Source of the DNA: Balamuthia mandrillaris
Lineage: Eukaryota
NCBI GenBank assembly: GCA_031835245.2
Contig: JAVKOQ020000070.1
Location: forward strand, 124,001-188,000
Length of the DNA stretch: 64,000 bases
Direction of reading: 5' to 3'
The position numbers and the translations under genes were made by a program. Numbering within the stretch: position 1 is the first letter of the stretch; each line of letters opens with the position of its first letter. Positions 11,880 through 25,074 of this stretch are shown here, one piece after another. Below the pieces are notes generated by a model that was not told the origin of the DNA, did not search any database, and saw only the letters and a list, made by a program, of their open reading frames with translations.

Positions 11880-13116
11880 TGCAAAAACGTGTCGTTGGGA
11901 CAACGAAGAAAAAGAAGAGGGATGAAAGCTTTCTCTTTCTTTCTCGCTTTTGCAACCAAAACTTCAAACGCAGGCTGTCGTTGGTGGTGCACTTTCCAAA
12001 ACTTTTCTTCCTCCTTTTTTTTTTGAGGAAAAAAAAAACATCAGTTTAACACAAAAATGAGGAGAAAGAGGAAGAGAGGAAGATGGAGAGGAGGAACAGC
12101 AAAAGAAGAAGAAGAGATGAAGAAAGAGAAGAATATTCTTTTGTTCTTTGGGAAAAAAAAAATAACGAACGAACCTCCTTTGAACTTGAAGGAGCAGCAA
12201 AAAAAAAATAAAATAAATAATAATAAAATAATGAGAAGGAGAAAGAGAACGAAGAAGAGACCCTCCCCAAAAAAAAAAAAAGGAGAGAAGAGGAGAGGTT
12301 CCGGTGGTTCCCTCCGAAGGGAAGAGGAGACCAGGGAGAGAAACAAGAAAAGAACCGAGAAATTTAACGGAATACAACAGAAACCAAGAAGAGGAGGAGA
12401 TGACAAATAGTAATAATAAAACGTACCAAAGTGGATGGTCTCTCTCTCCAACAAAAAAAAACCTCTGCGGATGAGATCTTCCTCTATCGATGCACTGTCG
12501 TTCTTTGTTGTGTTTGCTGCTTCCCGGAGGTTCAGAAAAAAAAATAAATAAAAAAATTAAAAAAAGAATAAGAATATTAATTTTTTTTTTTGTCCGAAAG
12601 CCAAAAAAAAAAAAAAGTGAGTACCTTTGCGATCGATCCGGAAGGAAGGAGGAGGAGGAGCCCTTCTCGATAAAATATTTTTTTTTCTCCCAGGGAATAA
12701 CCCTCTCTCCCTCTTCTTCCTCAATTTTCCCCCTTTTTTTTTAAAGTCCACGTCAACAGCCTTTTTTGTGTTCGGGGACGAACCTGGACACTCGTCTCAG
12801 CGGGCCAAGCCTATCAGGACAGGGTGAGCACGGTGGAGAAATAGTCCAGCGGCGTTTTTTATTTTTTTTCTCCCCCCGAACGCTTCTAGGAAATATTGGA
12901 AATATTCCTGTTTCGACCGTTGAAAACGTGATGTCGACAACAAACGCGAGTTAGGAAAAATGACACGTCGATTGCGTCATTTTTTCGATTTTCACCCAAG
13001 TTTCCGTTTCATTCCCGATCGATCCAAGATCGATTTAAAATTTGTAATTTCTGGAAAGTTAAATTGTTGAAATTTAATTCTGTTTTTTTGTTTCAGAAAG
13101 AAAAGAAGAGAGAAAG

Positions 13117-16100
13117 ATGGAACGTGGCCGCCCCTTTCCATCTTCCGCCTCCTTCGAGGGGTTTCGGCTCAGAGAGAGGCCCGGCCTCTCGGCGGCTCTC
13201 CCCCCCAAGCAACTGGGGGAGGAGCTGCTCAGCGCTGCCGCCGCTGGCGACCTCTCCCGCCTGCTGGACGCCGTGGTGCGGCTGGAGAGCGGGCAGGACA
13301 TTTGCAACTTCAATGGGCCGAAGCAGAGGACGCCCCTCCACTTGGCGTGCCTGGCGGGCAGCGAGGTCTGCCTGGACTTGTTGCTTCGGCATACCACCAT
13401 GGTTGGGCCTCTCCTGTTGCTGCTTCATCTTCTTCTTCTACTTTTTCTTCATCTTCTTCTTCTTCTAATGAACAAAAACAAACAAAAAAAAGGTGGATGC
13501 AACAGATGCCAAAGGCAAAACGGCGCTAGCCTTGGCTGCAAAGAAGGGCTGCACGGGCCTCGTCCTCAAACTGCTGCAACGCAATGCCTCCCACCAAGCT
13601 GGCGACGAAAATGGCAACACGTTCGTTTTTCATCTTTCCTCTACTTTTTTTCTTTCTTTGCTCTTCCGTTCTCATTCTTCACTCTCCATTTTCATTTTTT
13701 TCATTCTTCTTTCTTCACCTCCTTTGTTCTGCTCCTTGCTCCTTGCTCCTTGCTCCTTGCTCCTTGCTCCTTGCTCCTTGCTCCTTGCTCCTTGCTCCTT
13801 GCCCTTGCTCCTTGCTCCGCTCCTTGCTCCGCTCCTTGCTCCTTGCTCCTTGCTCCTTGCTCCTTGCCTCCCTGCCCTTGCTCCGCTCCTGCTCCGCCCC
13901 GCTCCGCCCTCCCTGCCCTCCCTGCTCCGCTCCTGCTCCTTGCTCCTTGCTCCTTGCTCCTCCCTGCTCCTTGCTCCTTGCTCCTTGCTTCTCCCTCTCC
14001 CTCTCCCTAACAAGTTTTGCTTTTCTTCTTGCTCACCAAACCGAAAAAACAGACCGTTGCATCAAGCAGCCTATCACGGGCACTTAGAGACCGTTCGCTG
14101 TCTCCTTGACAATGGAGCGGAGATCAACCCTCTCAACGAGATTCTGTCGACGCCACTCCACTTTGCCGCCATGTGCGGCCATCACGCTGTCTGTGAGCTC
14201 CTGCTTCAACGCGGCGGCGATCCCAACGGCAAAAACAAGAACAGCACTTCGGCGCTGCATTTGGCGGCGAGGAATGGCTATGTGGCTTGTTGTAGGGTGT
14301 TGCTGCAGGCAGGAGCGGATGTGAACTGCGTGGATCCTTATGATCAGATTCCGTTGCATCTTGCGGCGAGGACTGGGCATAGCGATTGCATTGAGCTTAT
14401 GTTGGAGGTTTTATAGTTTTTGCTTCCTCCACTTGCGCTTCACTCTCTCTCTCTCTCTCGTTCTTTCTGTTTTCTTTTGCTTTTGTCTATTTCTAATTGA
14501 AACGTTCAATGCCCACAGGAAGGAGCTCATGTTAATGCGATGGACACAGAAGGAAGTACCGCATTTGATTGGGCGGATGACTTTGGACATGGCGAATGCG
14601 CAGTTCTCCTCTGGGAAAAAGGAGCGCTTATCAAAACACAAACTGGCAAAGGTTTGCCTTCTTTTAGCTTTATGAAGTCTTTTCTCCTCTTTCTCTTTTC
14701 ATTAACAAGCAAAATGAACATGAAGAAACAATGCGGTGGTCTCGGCCATGCGCTTCTGGCGATGTTCCAACAATGCGATACGATCACGCGATGGCTCCAT
14801 TGGGAGACCGAATCGTGGTATTTGGGGGATATGGCATCCCACCTCGACGCTCACCTCTTCGCAAACAATTGAGCATGCTCTCTTCAAAGAACAAGACGCA
14901 GGGAGGGGAAGAGGAAGAACGTGCAGCTCACATGAATGACGTTTATATTCTTGATGCTTGTACGTCTTCTTTCCTGTTTATCTTTCGTTCTTCTTTACTA
15001 ATATTTTTTTTCTTTAAATCTCTATTTTTTGTTTCTCTTTATATTTGCAGCGATGCAGGTAATGTCTATAGGAAAACAAATAAGCATGGACGAAAGAGGC
15101 AAACTCAACATGGAGCTGAGCAACACACGGAAAGGAGCAAATCTCCAGCTTTGCGGAGACGGGTTGACGGTGGAGTACATTCGCGAGGAAATTGCTGAAG
15201 TTGGGATATCCACTCCACCAAAACCTTCCATATCCCTTCCCCCTTTTCTCTTGTTGTTTGTTTTTTAAGTTGTTTCTCTTTCTGTTTCTTCTTCAGCTCT
15301 TTCGTTTTTATTTCATAGCTCTCCAATACTATTTTTTTGTAGTGCAAGTGTATTACTCCTTAATTCCTTCTTAAACTATTCAGACTTCTCAGCCCTTTCG
15401 AAGAATTGGCGACGAAACTATCGCCTATTTCGAAGTTACGGTTCTAAATCAGGGTCTAAAAGGGTACTAGACGCGTACTCTTTCTGCTCTTTCAGAATTC
15501 TTAATCGTTGAATAACAAAAAAAACCAAAAAACATAGATATATAGCAATAGGTTTAACAGATAGAAACTTTCCTTTGAACAAGCAACCCGGGTGGGTCAA
15601 ACAATCGTATGGGTATCATGGGGACGACGGTCAAGTTTATCACAATCAAGGTTCTGGCATTCCCTTTGGCCCTCGCTTCGGTACCGGCGATGTGGTCGGT
15701 TGTGGCTTGAACTATGATACCGGAGAGGTGTTCTTCACCAAGAACGGTGCCTTTTTGGGAGTTGGATGGACGGACGCGAGAAACAAGGAGCTCTTTCCAT
15801 CGGTGGGACTGCATAGCCCGGAAGAGAAGGTACTCTTCAACTTCGGAAAGAAGCCGTTTAAATTCAATTTTGATTCAGGTATCTCTCTCCCTCCTCTCTC
15901 CCTCGCTTTTGCATCCTTAATTGTCTGTTTTACTAACAATAACATGGAAATACAAGAAATGGTGCATTGGTATTCTCCATCTGCGACAGGAACAATACCA
16001 GCCGCTCGATCAGCCTCTACACTGCTAGCCTTAGACAACCGGCGACTTCTTCTCTTTGGCGGCTACTCACCACATGAAATGTATAACGACATTCATCTCT

Positions 16101-19100
16101 TTGATGCTGAGCTCTTCACCTGGACTCATTGCCAGACTCAAGGACTAGCACCTACTTGGCGCGACAGTTCAGCTTCCATCGTTCGAGTGGATGGAAAACA
16201 CTCTCCTTCTCATATTTCTCGCTCTTCGTCTTTCTCTTCGCCTTCTCTTTCTTTCTCTTCATTGTCTTCTTTGGCGTCATCTTCAGCTTCACTAGCTTCT
16301 TCTTTGTTGTCTGTTGGTGGAAGTGAAGACAACGGAAATGGAATGACGTTGACACGGTCTTCTCTGACGGAAGTTCGCGACTCGCTTAATTTTGGAGTAT
16401 CTGGGAAGCGAAAGAAACTTCCTTGGGAGGAAGAAGTAGACGAAGAGGAAGTGGAAGAAGAAGAAGAAGAACAAGAAGAAGAAGAACAAGAACAAGAAAG
16501 AGAAGAAGAAGAACTTGAAGTAGAAGAACTGGAAGAAGAGGAAGAACAAGAAGAAAATGAACCAACAGACGATGAGGAAGAAGACTATGAAGAAAAAGTA
16601 AAAGGAGCTGAGGAAGATTGCAAGGGTTGTAACAATATGGAAGAAGAAAGAGAACACGAACACGCGATTGACGGAGAAGTGAAAAAGCAACGAACTGAAC
16701 GATCTACTTTTGAAGAACAAGAAGAAGAGGAAGAAACAGAAGTAACTCAAACAGAGTGCTTGGTACAAATGATAAAGGAAGAAGAACAAAAAGAAGAACG
16801 AGGAGGCTATTCCGCTCTTTTGGTGTTTGGCGGAAGATTCTCTAATCGTTGCTTTAACACTGTACATAGAATGTATCTGTATGACGAGGATGTTTTGCAG
16901 CAACAACTTCAACAACAACATCAGCAACAAAACTCACAACCAGAAGAAAAAGAAACAATTCCAGCATCTTCTTCCTCCGACACATCACCTTCATCAACTT
17001 CGGGAACCAACAACAACACTCACAACAATCGGCATCAATCATTTGTCTGGGAGGATATCACAGCAGAGATTAGGGGCACGCCGCCACGGCCGCGCGCCTC
17101 TCATGCGGCCGCTGTGATAGGTGCTCGCTTGTGGATATTTGGTGGACTGACCGAAGAGAAGACTCTTCTTAATGATGTCCACGTTTTGGATTTTGGTGCG
17201 CCCGTTGTCTCTCCCCTCTTGTTATCATTCTCTTCTCTGTTCTAAGAAACGATAAACACAACCAACAGAACAAATGAAGTGGCAGAAACTACAAATAACT
17301 GGTAGACCGCCAACACCGCGACAGAATGCTACTCTGACGGCAGTTGGCAACCGGCTTTTCATATTCGGAGGATGGGATGGACGTCGTCAGCACAATGACA
17401 TTCATGTGTTGGATACTGGTATCATATTTCTTTCTAGCATTCGATATTTCCTTGTTTCGTATTTTTCTCTATGTTCGTTGCTTGTTTCGTGTTCTTCTCG
17501 TATACTATAATTTATCTTTCTTCTTTCTTTCAAACAAACACGAAACAACACAAACTCAAAAAGAGCGAATGCATTGGTACAAACCACATGTGACGGGAAC
17601 GGTGCCGCGGCCGCGAAACCATCATACCTCTGCCGCGCTCTCTGTCAACGGAAAGACAAAGATCTTTTCGTTTGCTGGATGGAATGGACGGGGCTATGTT
17701 GAGGATCTTGACGTGCTTGATATCGGTTGGTGTTCTCCTTTTTTTTCTCGTTTGCACATTCTTTGATTTGTCGTTTCTTTCTTTGCGTTTCTTTCTTCCC
17801 GGTTATTCTCTTTTCTGTATTTCTTTCTTGGAAAAAAATTCTTCACTTTGTGTTCTGTTGAGCCAATCCACAAACGACTCACAAGGCTATACTGATAAAA
17901 TAGAACCGGAAGAAAAGACAGACTTAGGAGTGTATTGCAACAGCAGAACAATGAGTGATGCAACATTTTTGGTGGAAGGACAACAAGTATTTGCCCACAA
18001 GATCATTCTAGGCGCACGAAGCCAGTTTTTCAGAGAAATGCTTCTTGCGAAACAGAAGAATGGGGACGTCGAAGAAAATGATGGCGAAGATGAGGGTTGG
18101 TCCTCTGAATTCGTCATAACTGATGTTGCCCACGATGTATTTGTTGCATTGGTTAGTCTTTGTTCTCTTCTTTCTTCATTCATTTCTGTTTTCTTATTTA
18201 TTACTCAACAAATACCATCAAAACCAGTTGCACTTTCTTTACACGGATGTGGCAGATGCATCGACGGAGATGATCGGCCCTCTCCTGCAAGCAACGAAAC
18301 GGTTCGCGCGGGAACACTTGGACCGGATCGCAGAGTACTTGATTCTAACTCGGCTAAAAGCTCCTTCTCTCCTGAATAAGAACCTTCGTTGGGCTTTCGA
18401 CAATCCTCATTTTTGCGACATTCTCTTCCTCTACCAGAATTCTCTGTCTTTTCCATCTTTTTCTTCTTCTTCTTTCGATGATTTAAAACAAAAACAAACG
18501 CTCATCGACTATGACGAGAACGACCAGCCAACATTATCTCTTCCTTCCGTTTCCTCTTCCTTTACTTCATCTTCTTCTCTCTATGATAGAGACGATCAAG
18601 AAGAGATGAATGGAAGAATATTACACGGACACAAGGCAATCATTTGCGCGCGCAGCCCTTATTTCAGGGCGATGCTTTTGGGCGGATTGAAGGAGAGCAG
18701 GGACAGAACCGTTCGGGTGGATTCTTGTCAGATCCGTTTTCCGATCTTTTACGCGCTCATCAAGTATCTCTACATCAATGATGTGGAACTGGAGGATGAC
18801 GGCGACTGGATAGAGTTGCTGGTCGCCGCCAATCAGTACTCGGTGGAGCCGCTCAAAGAGATATGCGAGGACGTCTTAGAGCAAAGGTATTTGTCGTTTA
18901 TTTCTTCTTTCTTTGTCTTTCTTCTTCTTTCTAACATCAAAACCTTCACGTTTTGCAGTTTGGATGTACATAATGTGGCATGTTTGTTAGGCTTGGCGGA
19001 TCAGCAACAAGCTCTATCGTTACGGAAAGGTTGCATGGACTTCATGGTGAAGAACTATGAAGAGGTCTGTCAGGCAGAAACCTTTTCGGAGCTTAGCGAG

Positions 19101-19343
19101 ACATTGCGCAGCGAACTCGAGGCAGAGGTGCAAAAGAACAAACAGACAAAGATTGGTTGGAGCCTGGCTTTGGAGTATCTTCACTCGGATCAACCTTCCT
19201 TCGCCTCTTCCTCTGCTTCCTCCTCTTGTGCTGCGAGAGAAGCGGGAAGTCCCCATTCTTCTTCTTCTGCCTCATCCTCCTCTGCAACGCCTTCAGATCA
19301 AGGTTCGTCGCGACGATTGAACACAAGATGCTTCCCACAATGA
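13117..19343 (+). CDS. Ankyrin repeats + kelch repeats with inserted SPRY domain + two BTB domains/BACK (LZTR1-like C-terminus)
   Basis: Multi-exon. Ankyrin: TPLHLAC, PLHQAA, TPLHFAA. Kelch: RYDHAMAPLGDRIVVFGG, LLLFGGY, LWIFGG, LFIFGGWDG. RanBP9-type SPRY: AYFEVTV, QPGWVKQSYGYHGDDG, FGTGDVVGCG, VFFTKNG, LFPSVGL, FNFGKKPFKFNF. BTB: SDATFLVEGQQVFAHKIILGARSQFF and LHGHKAIICARSPYFRAML. Confidence 0.88.
13730..13990 (+). repeat. Intronic (GCTCCTT)n heptamer tandem repeat with degenerate middle
   Basis: Visible array inside intron 13621-14052; it produces the spurious LLLAPCS ORFs. Confidence 0.9.
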
Positions 19344-19443
19344 ATAACAAAACCAAATTCGCTTCTTCCTCCAATAAATAAAAGCGGCAAAACAATTATA
19401 AACAAATGAAGAGAGAGAGAGAGAGAGAGAGAGAACGTCTGCT

Positions 19444-22400
19444 CTACTGCTGCTTGGTAGGTGTCAGTCGTTGGGTCAATTGCATGTTTTCTTGCTGTAA
19501 CGCAGCGACTTGCTTTCGCAACTCTGCAATAGTCTCCTGATGCTGCTTTTGCTGCTGCTGCATTTCTGCTTCCTTTCTCTTGTTCTCTTCTTCTCTTTCC
19601 CTCTCTTTTGCTTTTTCATCATCGTTTGAACAAGCCAAGATATCCTCCGCCAACCTTCGAACCTCTCGTCGCAACAGTTCCTCCGCTTCCAACAATGCTC
19701 TCTCCTTCTTAACCTTCTCCGCCAAAGAGTGGAACCGCCGGTCAGCATCCATCCTCTCGGCTTGCAACGCACTAAAAGCATGCTTGCATCGCTCAAAGCT
19801 GTCGCGCAGCGTCTTCAACTTCTCTTCTGCTCGTTCTCTTTTCTCCACTACCGTGCGTTCCAGCTCGCGAAGATGCCGAGTGCTCTCCTCGTGTTGTCGA
19901 GTTAAGGAGCTCAGCTCAGTCTCGGTCGCTCTTTGACGAGTCTCCACTCGTGACTTCTCTTCTATAGCCTCCTCCAATAATAGAGTAGAGTGTTGCAGTT
20001 GAAGGCGAAGCTCTTCCGAACGTTCCTCTGCTCGTGCGATCTCACCTTTCTTTTGGAGCAGCTGTTGGCGAACTTCCGTCAGCTTCTCTTTGCACTCTAT
20101 TTCCTGTCTCTCGAGTTCAATGATTCGTTCCTCCATGAAACGTGTTTGCTTTCTGAGGTCTGTCAGCGCTTGGCTTAAGAGAATGGCGTCTCTTTGGATC
20201 TGCTCTTCGATTTTGGCCACCATAGCCTTTCGTTCTTGTAACTTCTTTTCCAGCTCTTCCTCTGTACTTCTTTTTTTCTCAATCGCAGCTGGAACACGGT
20301 CCTCTTTTTCTTGTTTTGTTCCTACTAATTGATTCTCTGCTGAAGCTTTCAATTTTGCTTCTTCCTCTTCTTGTCGCAACTCTTCTTCAAGAAGTAGAAG
20401 TGGATCATGCTCTTCCTTGCCTGTAAGTTGCTGCAACAGGCGAGCAGCTTGCTGATCCAGTCCCACTAACGCCGTGAACAACTTTTGTAAGTCAGAGCTC
20501 CATTCCTCGCTTTCCCTCGTCACTGTCTTCAACTGCTTCAACACCTGCTTCTTCTCCTCCGTCTCTTTTAACTTCTGCTCTAACTTGAGCAACTTTCTTT
20601 GCGATCTCAACAGCTCTTGTCTCTCTCTTTCCAGCGATGGTGTGATGGAGCCATCCAACTCTTTCACCAACACTTCTTCCTTGGATTGCAGCTGTTGCGT
20701 TTGGAATGGTAGCACTCGTCGCAATGCCGTTCTTACGTCCTCTGATTCTTTTTCTTGCTCTTCCTTGTTACGACGAAGCTCCTCCATGCGAGTCTCTATG
20801 CTCTTACTCTTCGCTTGAAGCTCCTCCACCGTTTCTTTCAATGCTTGCAGTCGTCGCTGCATATTACCTCCTCCACCAGCTCCATCCGCCGCTTCAAAAC
20901 GCGTTTCAGCGGAGCGCAGCTCTCGTTCGACATCTTTGACTTCCTGTTCGCTCAGCATGAATTCATCATAGTGTTGTTTCAAGGTAAGAGCGAGGTTCTG
21001 ATAGAGGTCCGTTGCTTTGTCGCCGGTAAGAAGACTTTGCAGCTGTGGCTTTTGTTGGCGGATGGAATCAGAGAGGAAGGCAACTAAGTTGCGGAGAGCG
21101 GCGAGCTTTTGACGGTGTTCCTCGTAAGTGGAGAACCAGCGGGCAAGTTGTTGCTGACGTTCCTCCATTTTCGTTTTGTCGATCGTTTCTATGGCTTCTC
21201 CTTCCGTTAATCTTTGTTCGTAAGCTTTGCTTTCTTGCTCCAATTCATCCAGTTCTATCTCTAAGTGATAAAAGGATAGAGAAGAAGAAACAGCCGAGGA
21301 AGCAGCCTTTTCGATACTGCCGTCTTCTTTTTCTTGAGAGACAAGACGGCGTTCCTCTTCTTCTTTTCTGAATGTGTGAAGCAGCTCTTTGACTTCTGCC
21401 TTGAGGCTGTCTACTGAAACAGGAGGTGTCTTGACTTCTGAATTTTCTTTTTTGTGACTCTCTTGTTCTTCCGCTACTCTCTTGTTCTCTGGTTCCAACG
21501 TTGTTGGCAATTGTTGCTTATGTCTTGGTGTTTTGTCGTCTACTTGAGGATGTGAAGGTAAAGAAGAGGAACCGCCAAGCCAAGAGGAAGTAGGCGACAC
21601 AGTTTGTTGGTGTTGTTGTTGTTGTTGTTGCAATATTGGAGCAATATCCAGCATGCGCATATCGTTGAGGAGGTGAGCTTCTCCGCTGCTGTCGCTAGTA
21701 AAGCCGCCAAAAGCAAAGAGCTTGTGGTTGTAAAGCACAGCTGCATGCCCTGATCGTTCGAATGTATCTCCGACAGTGTGTCGCCTCCACCTGTGTGTAT
21801 CTTTTCGAAAGAAGGTCAGAACACAAAGAAGCAAAGAAGCAAAGAAGGAAGAAGTAGCAGAACATACTTAAATCGAAGGACCACAAGTCATCCAAAAGGC
21901 GAGGATGAGTGCCTAGTGAGGCCGAACCGCCGAAAATGACCATTAGGGGAGCACTTCCTCCATCCTCCACCAACGCAGACACATGATCAACTCGCCCTGT
22001 TGGTGCGTTTCCTTCGCCCGAATGTAAAACTTCCCATTTTCCTGATTCTTGAAGAACGAAGCAACACGTGAGGCAAAGAAAAAGAACCACAACGAGAAAA
22101 TGAAAGTATGGGAAGGAAAAAAAAGCGGAGTTCTCATAAATAAAAATGAATCAAGACGTACCGGTATTGAATGACAGAACGTCGTTCCGAATTACATTTC
22201 CAGAAGAAACGCCACCAAAGACCACCAAACGGTCGCTTCCGAATGATACAGTCGTATGTCTCGCTCTGGCAATCATCTGCTTGTTAGTGTTACTTTTGCA
22301 ATAGCGTACGTCCAATACGTCACAATTATCGTCGTTATACGAGTTGTTTATCCAACTCCAATCTTCGTTTGCTGTTCCATCTTTGTTGTTGGGAAGAAAA

Positions 22401-24664
22401 TGGTCTCGTTGCAAACGTAAAATGTGAATGTCGGAGAGGTAATTATTCCCATCATAGCCACCAAAAATGAAGAGGCGATGAGCGCGATTGCTAGAGAGAA
22501 GTGTCGCAGTATGGCCTTTGCGAGGAGAGGGAGCATCGCCTTTAACTTTCCCTTCCATTGGGACCCATCCCATCAACTCTGTGTTTTGTTAAACAAAAAA
22601 GAATGAGCAGCTAGTTTTCAATAAGGGGACAAAAGTCAAGACTGGAAGAGATAAAGAAAACAAAAGAACGAAGAGAGATACCTGTATTAAACATGTTGAG
22701 TTCGTTGGTGCATTGGGACCCAAGCAGACCAGCAGTCTCTCCACCAAAAATGACGATGTAGTTGCCAACAGTGGTTGCGGTGTGCTCGCTTCGCTCCGTT
22801 GGTACGTTTCTCAGCAGCACAGGGCTCTTCCATCTCTGATGTACTGCAAAAACAACATAATATAGAAAATGAGACAGAGCAAAGATAACCGAAATTGCAA
22901 GCAAGAAGAACGAAGAAGAGAGAACGTACATAGATCAAAGATATGGACATCGTTGAGGTAGTGTGTCAAGGAAAAGAACCCGCCAGTCACAACACCTCCG
23001 AACAACAAGACCTGCGTTTTGCTGTGAGTAAATGTCGTGAGAGTGTGGCCTCTTCTCGCCGTTGGTAGTTCGTTGTCCGCATAAATTCTCGTCCACGAAA
23101 CTTCACTAAATCCTAAAGAATACAGACTTAGTACATCTCTTTTTCTTCCTTTGGGTAATGGTATTGTACCTGTGTCCAACTTGTAAATGTCGTCGAGAGC
23201 ATTGCTTCCATCCCAACCGCCAATAAGGTAGAGAACATTGCCCACTGGAGTTAGCGTGGCGTGGTCTCTTGCAGTTGGGAAGATGTTCTCCTTTCCTGAC
23301 GGCAGGTTGCAATGCAGCTTAGTCCATTGCAAAGTGTCTGGTTACACAGTGGAAACATATTAGCAAAGCAAGACAGTTTAAGGATAGTAGGATGGAATGG
23401 TGAAACGAAAGCAAACCAGAATGAAGGAGATAAAGGTCGTTGTAGAATTGTTTGCCGTCATAGCCACCGAAAACGAGGATTTTGGAGCTTACAATGACCA
23501 TGGAGTGGCTAGAGCGGGGAGAAGGCACGTCTTCAGCTAAACCAGATGCCGCATTCAGCTTCCAAGAGTTCATTTTCGTATCAAAAACGGAAACGTCGTT
23601 CAAATACCTTCGAACCAGCATTGTTGAGTGTACATCACTGCTAAAGAGAAGAAGGAGAAGCAGAAGGAAAGGGAGAAGAATGTACCTGTGTTGATTCTTG
23701 CCTCCAAAAATGATCAGTCGGTCTTCGTGAGCTACAGCAGTGTGGGATGACCTTGGTTCTGGTGCTTGGCCTCCAGTTCTTTCTTCCTTTGTCCACTGAT
23801 AATTTGCTAACGATACCAAACAAATATTAGAGTGGGAAGAGAACGAGAGAAGAGAGCAGAGAGCAGAGAGAGCAAGGGGAGGAAGGGCGAATGATATCAC
23901 AGTAAAGCACGTACCAACGTCAAAAGCGTAAAGGTCGTTTAGGTACTGAATGCCAGAGAAACCTCCGAAAACAAAGAACTTGCCCAGACCCACTGCTGTG
24001 CTGGTTTGACCCATCCTTGCCGGAGGAGGATAGCCCTTGGCTTGCACTTTAGTCCATGCCATTGTGTCTGTTGCACAGCAAGAAGAGTGAGTGAGAGTGA
24101 GCGAGAGATAGAAGAGCGAGAACAAGAAGAGGAGAGCAGTTAACTGGTATCATAGACCGCAAGGTCGGAAAAGGCATTCATGAGCAAGCCCATCACATTG
24201 GAGCGTCCCCCAAAGATGTAGAGCTTCTTGTCGATAAGCACGGCGCTGTGCAGGCCCCTTCCCTCCGGTGGCGTCCCGCTCAGGGCCTCCACCTGCGTCC
24301 AAGTCATCGTGTCCGCGTCGAGGAGGTTGAGGTCGTTGTTCCAGGAGAAACGGCCAGTCCTCCCCCCAAAGACCAACAGCTTCGACTGACCCAAAGGAAC
24401 GGTGGCGTGACAAGACCGAGGACTGCAGTGAAGAATTAGTAAAAAAGAAGAGAGAGAGAGAGAGAGAGAGAGAGAATAGAAGAAATGGAGAAGAAGAAAG
24501 ATGAAAAAAACAAACCTGAAATGACCCGATGCGGTGAGCTTCCCGACCCATTGTACGTTTTCCTCTGCAAACTCGCCGTAGGTGGCTGGGCTTAAAAAGA
24601 GGAGAACGCACGCAACAAGCGTGAAAACCAAGTGCGCCGAGGAGGAGGAGGAAGAGGCCACCAT
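19444..24664 (-). CDS. Signal-peptide protein with 12 kelch repeats and a long C-terminal coiled coil
   Basis: MVASSSSSSAHLVFTLVACVLLFLSPATYG signal-like N-terminus. I counted 12 R-x-x-H/Q...GG kelch units over many exons, followed by roughly 700 aa of E/Q/K/R/L-rich sequence ending at TAG 19444. Confidence 0.88.
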
Positions 24665-25074
24665 TCTTGACGACTTGCTTCTTCCCTCCCTTTCTTTTTT
24701 AACCAAACCTTTGGAAGCAAACGCGAGTCAAAGGTGTCCCTACGCAAAAGCCTTTCTTCAAGGAAGATGCGTTGGACACAATTCAAACTTTTCTTGACCT
24801 TTTCGCAGCAAAGTATTTATGTGGACATAACTTTCCCGCCATTTTCTTACGTCCAATGAAAAATCATATCCTGTAGTTGATCGATCTACACATTGATTTT
24901 CTTTCTTCTCTTTTTTTCTTTCCTCCTCTCTGCTTTCTTCTTCCTTCTTCCTCTTTCGTTTCTGCTCCTCGCTTAACGTTAAACTTTTCTCATTAACACA
25001 ATAAATAAAATAAGAATGGTCGAATTCAAAAAAAAACTAAACAAAATACAAGGCAGAGAGGGCTTCCCGTTTGT

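Noticed and set aside
13584..14087. ORFs with LLLAPCS/EQGARSK repeats, and similar poly-amino-acid ORFs near 27200, 29049, 40615, 52035, 59302 and 60091
   Set aside because: They are translations of intronic or intergenic microsatellites; where intronic, the flanking exons splice in frame without them.
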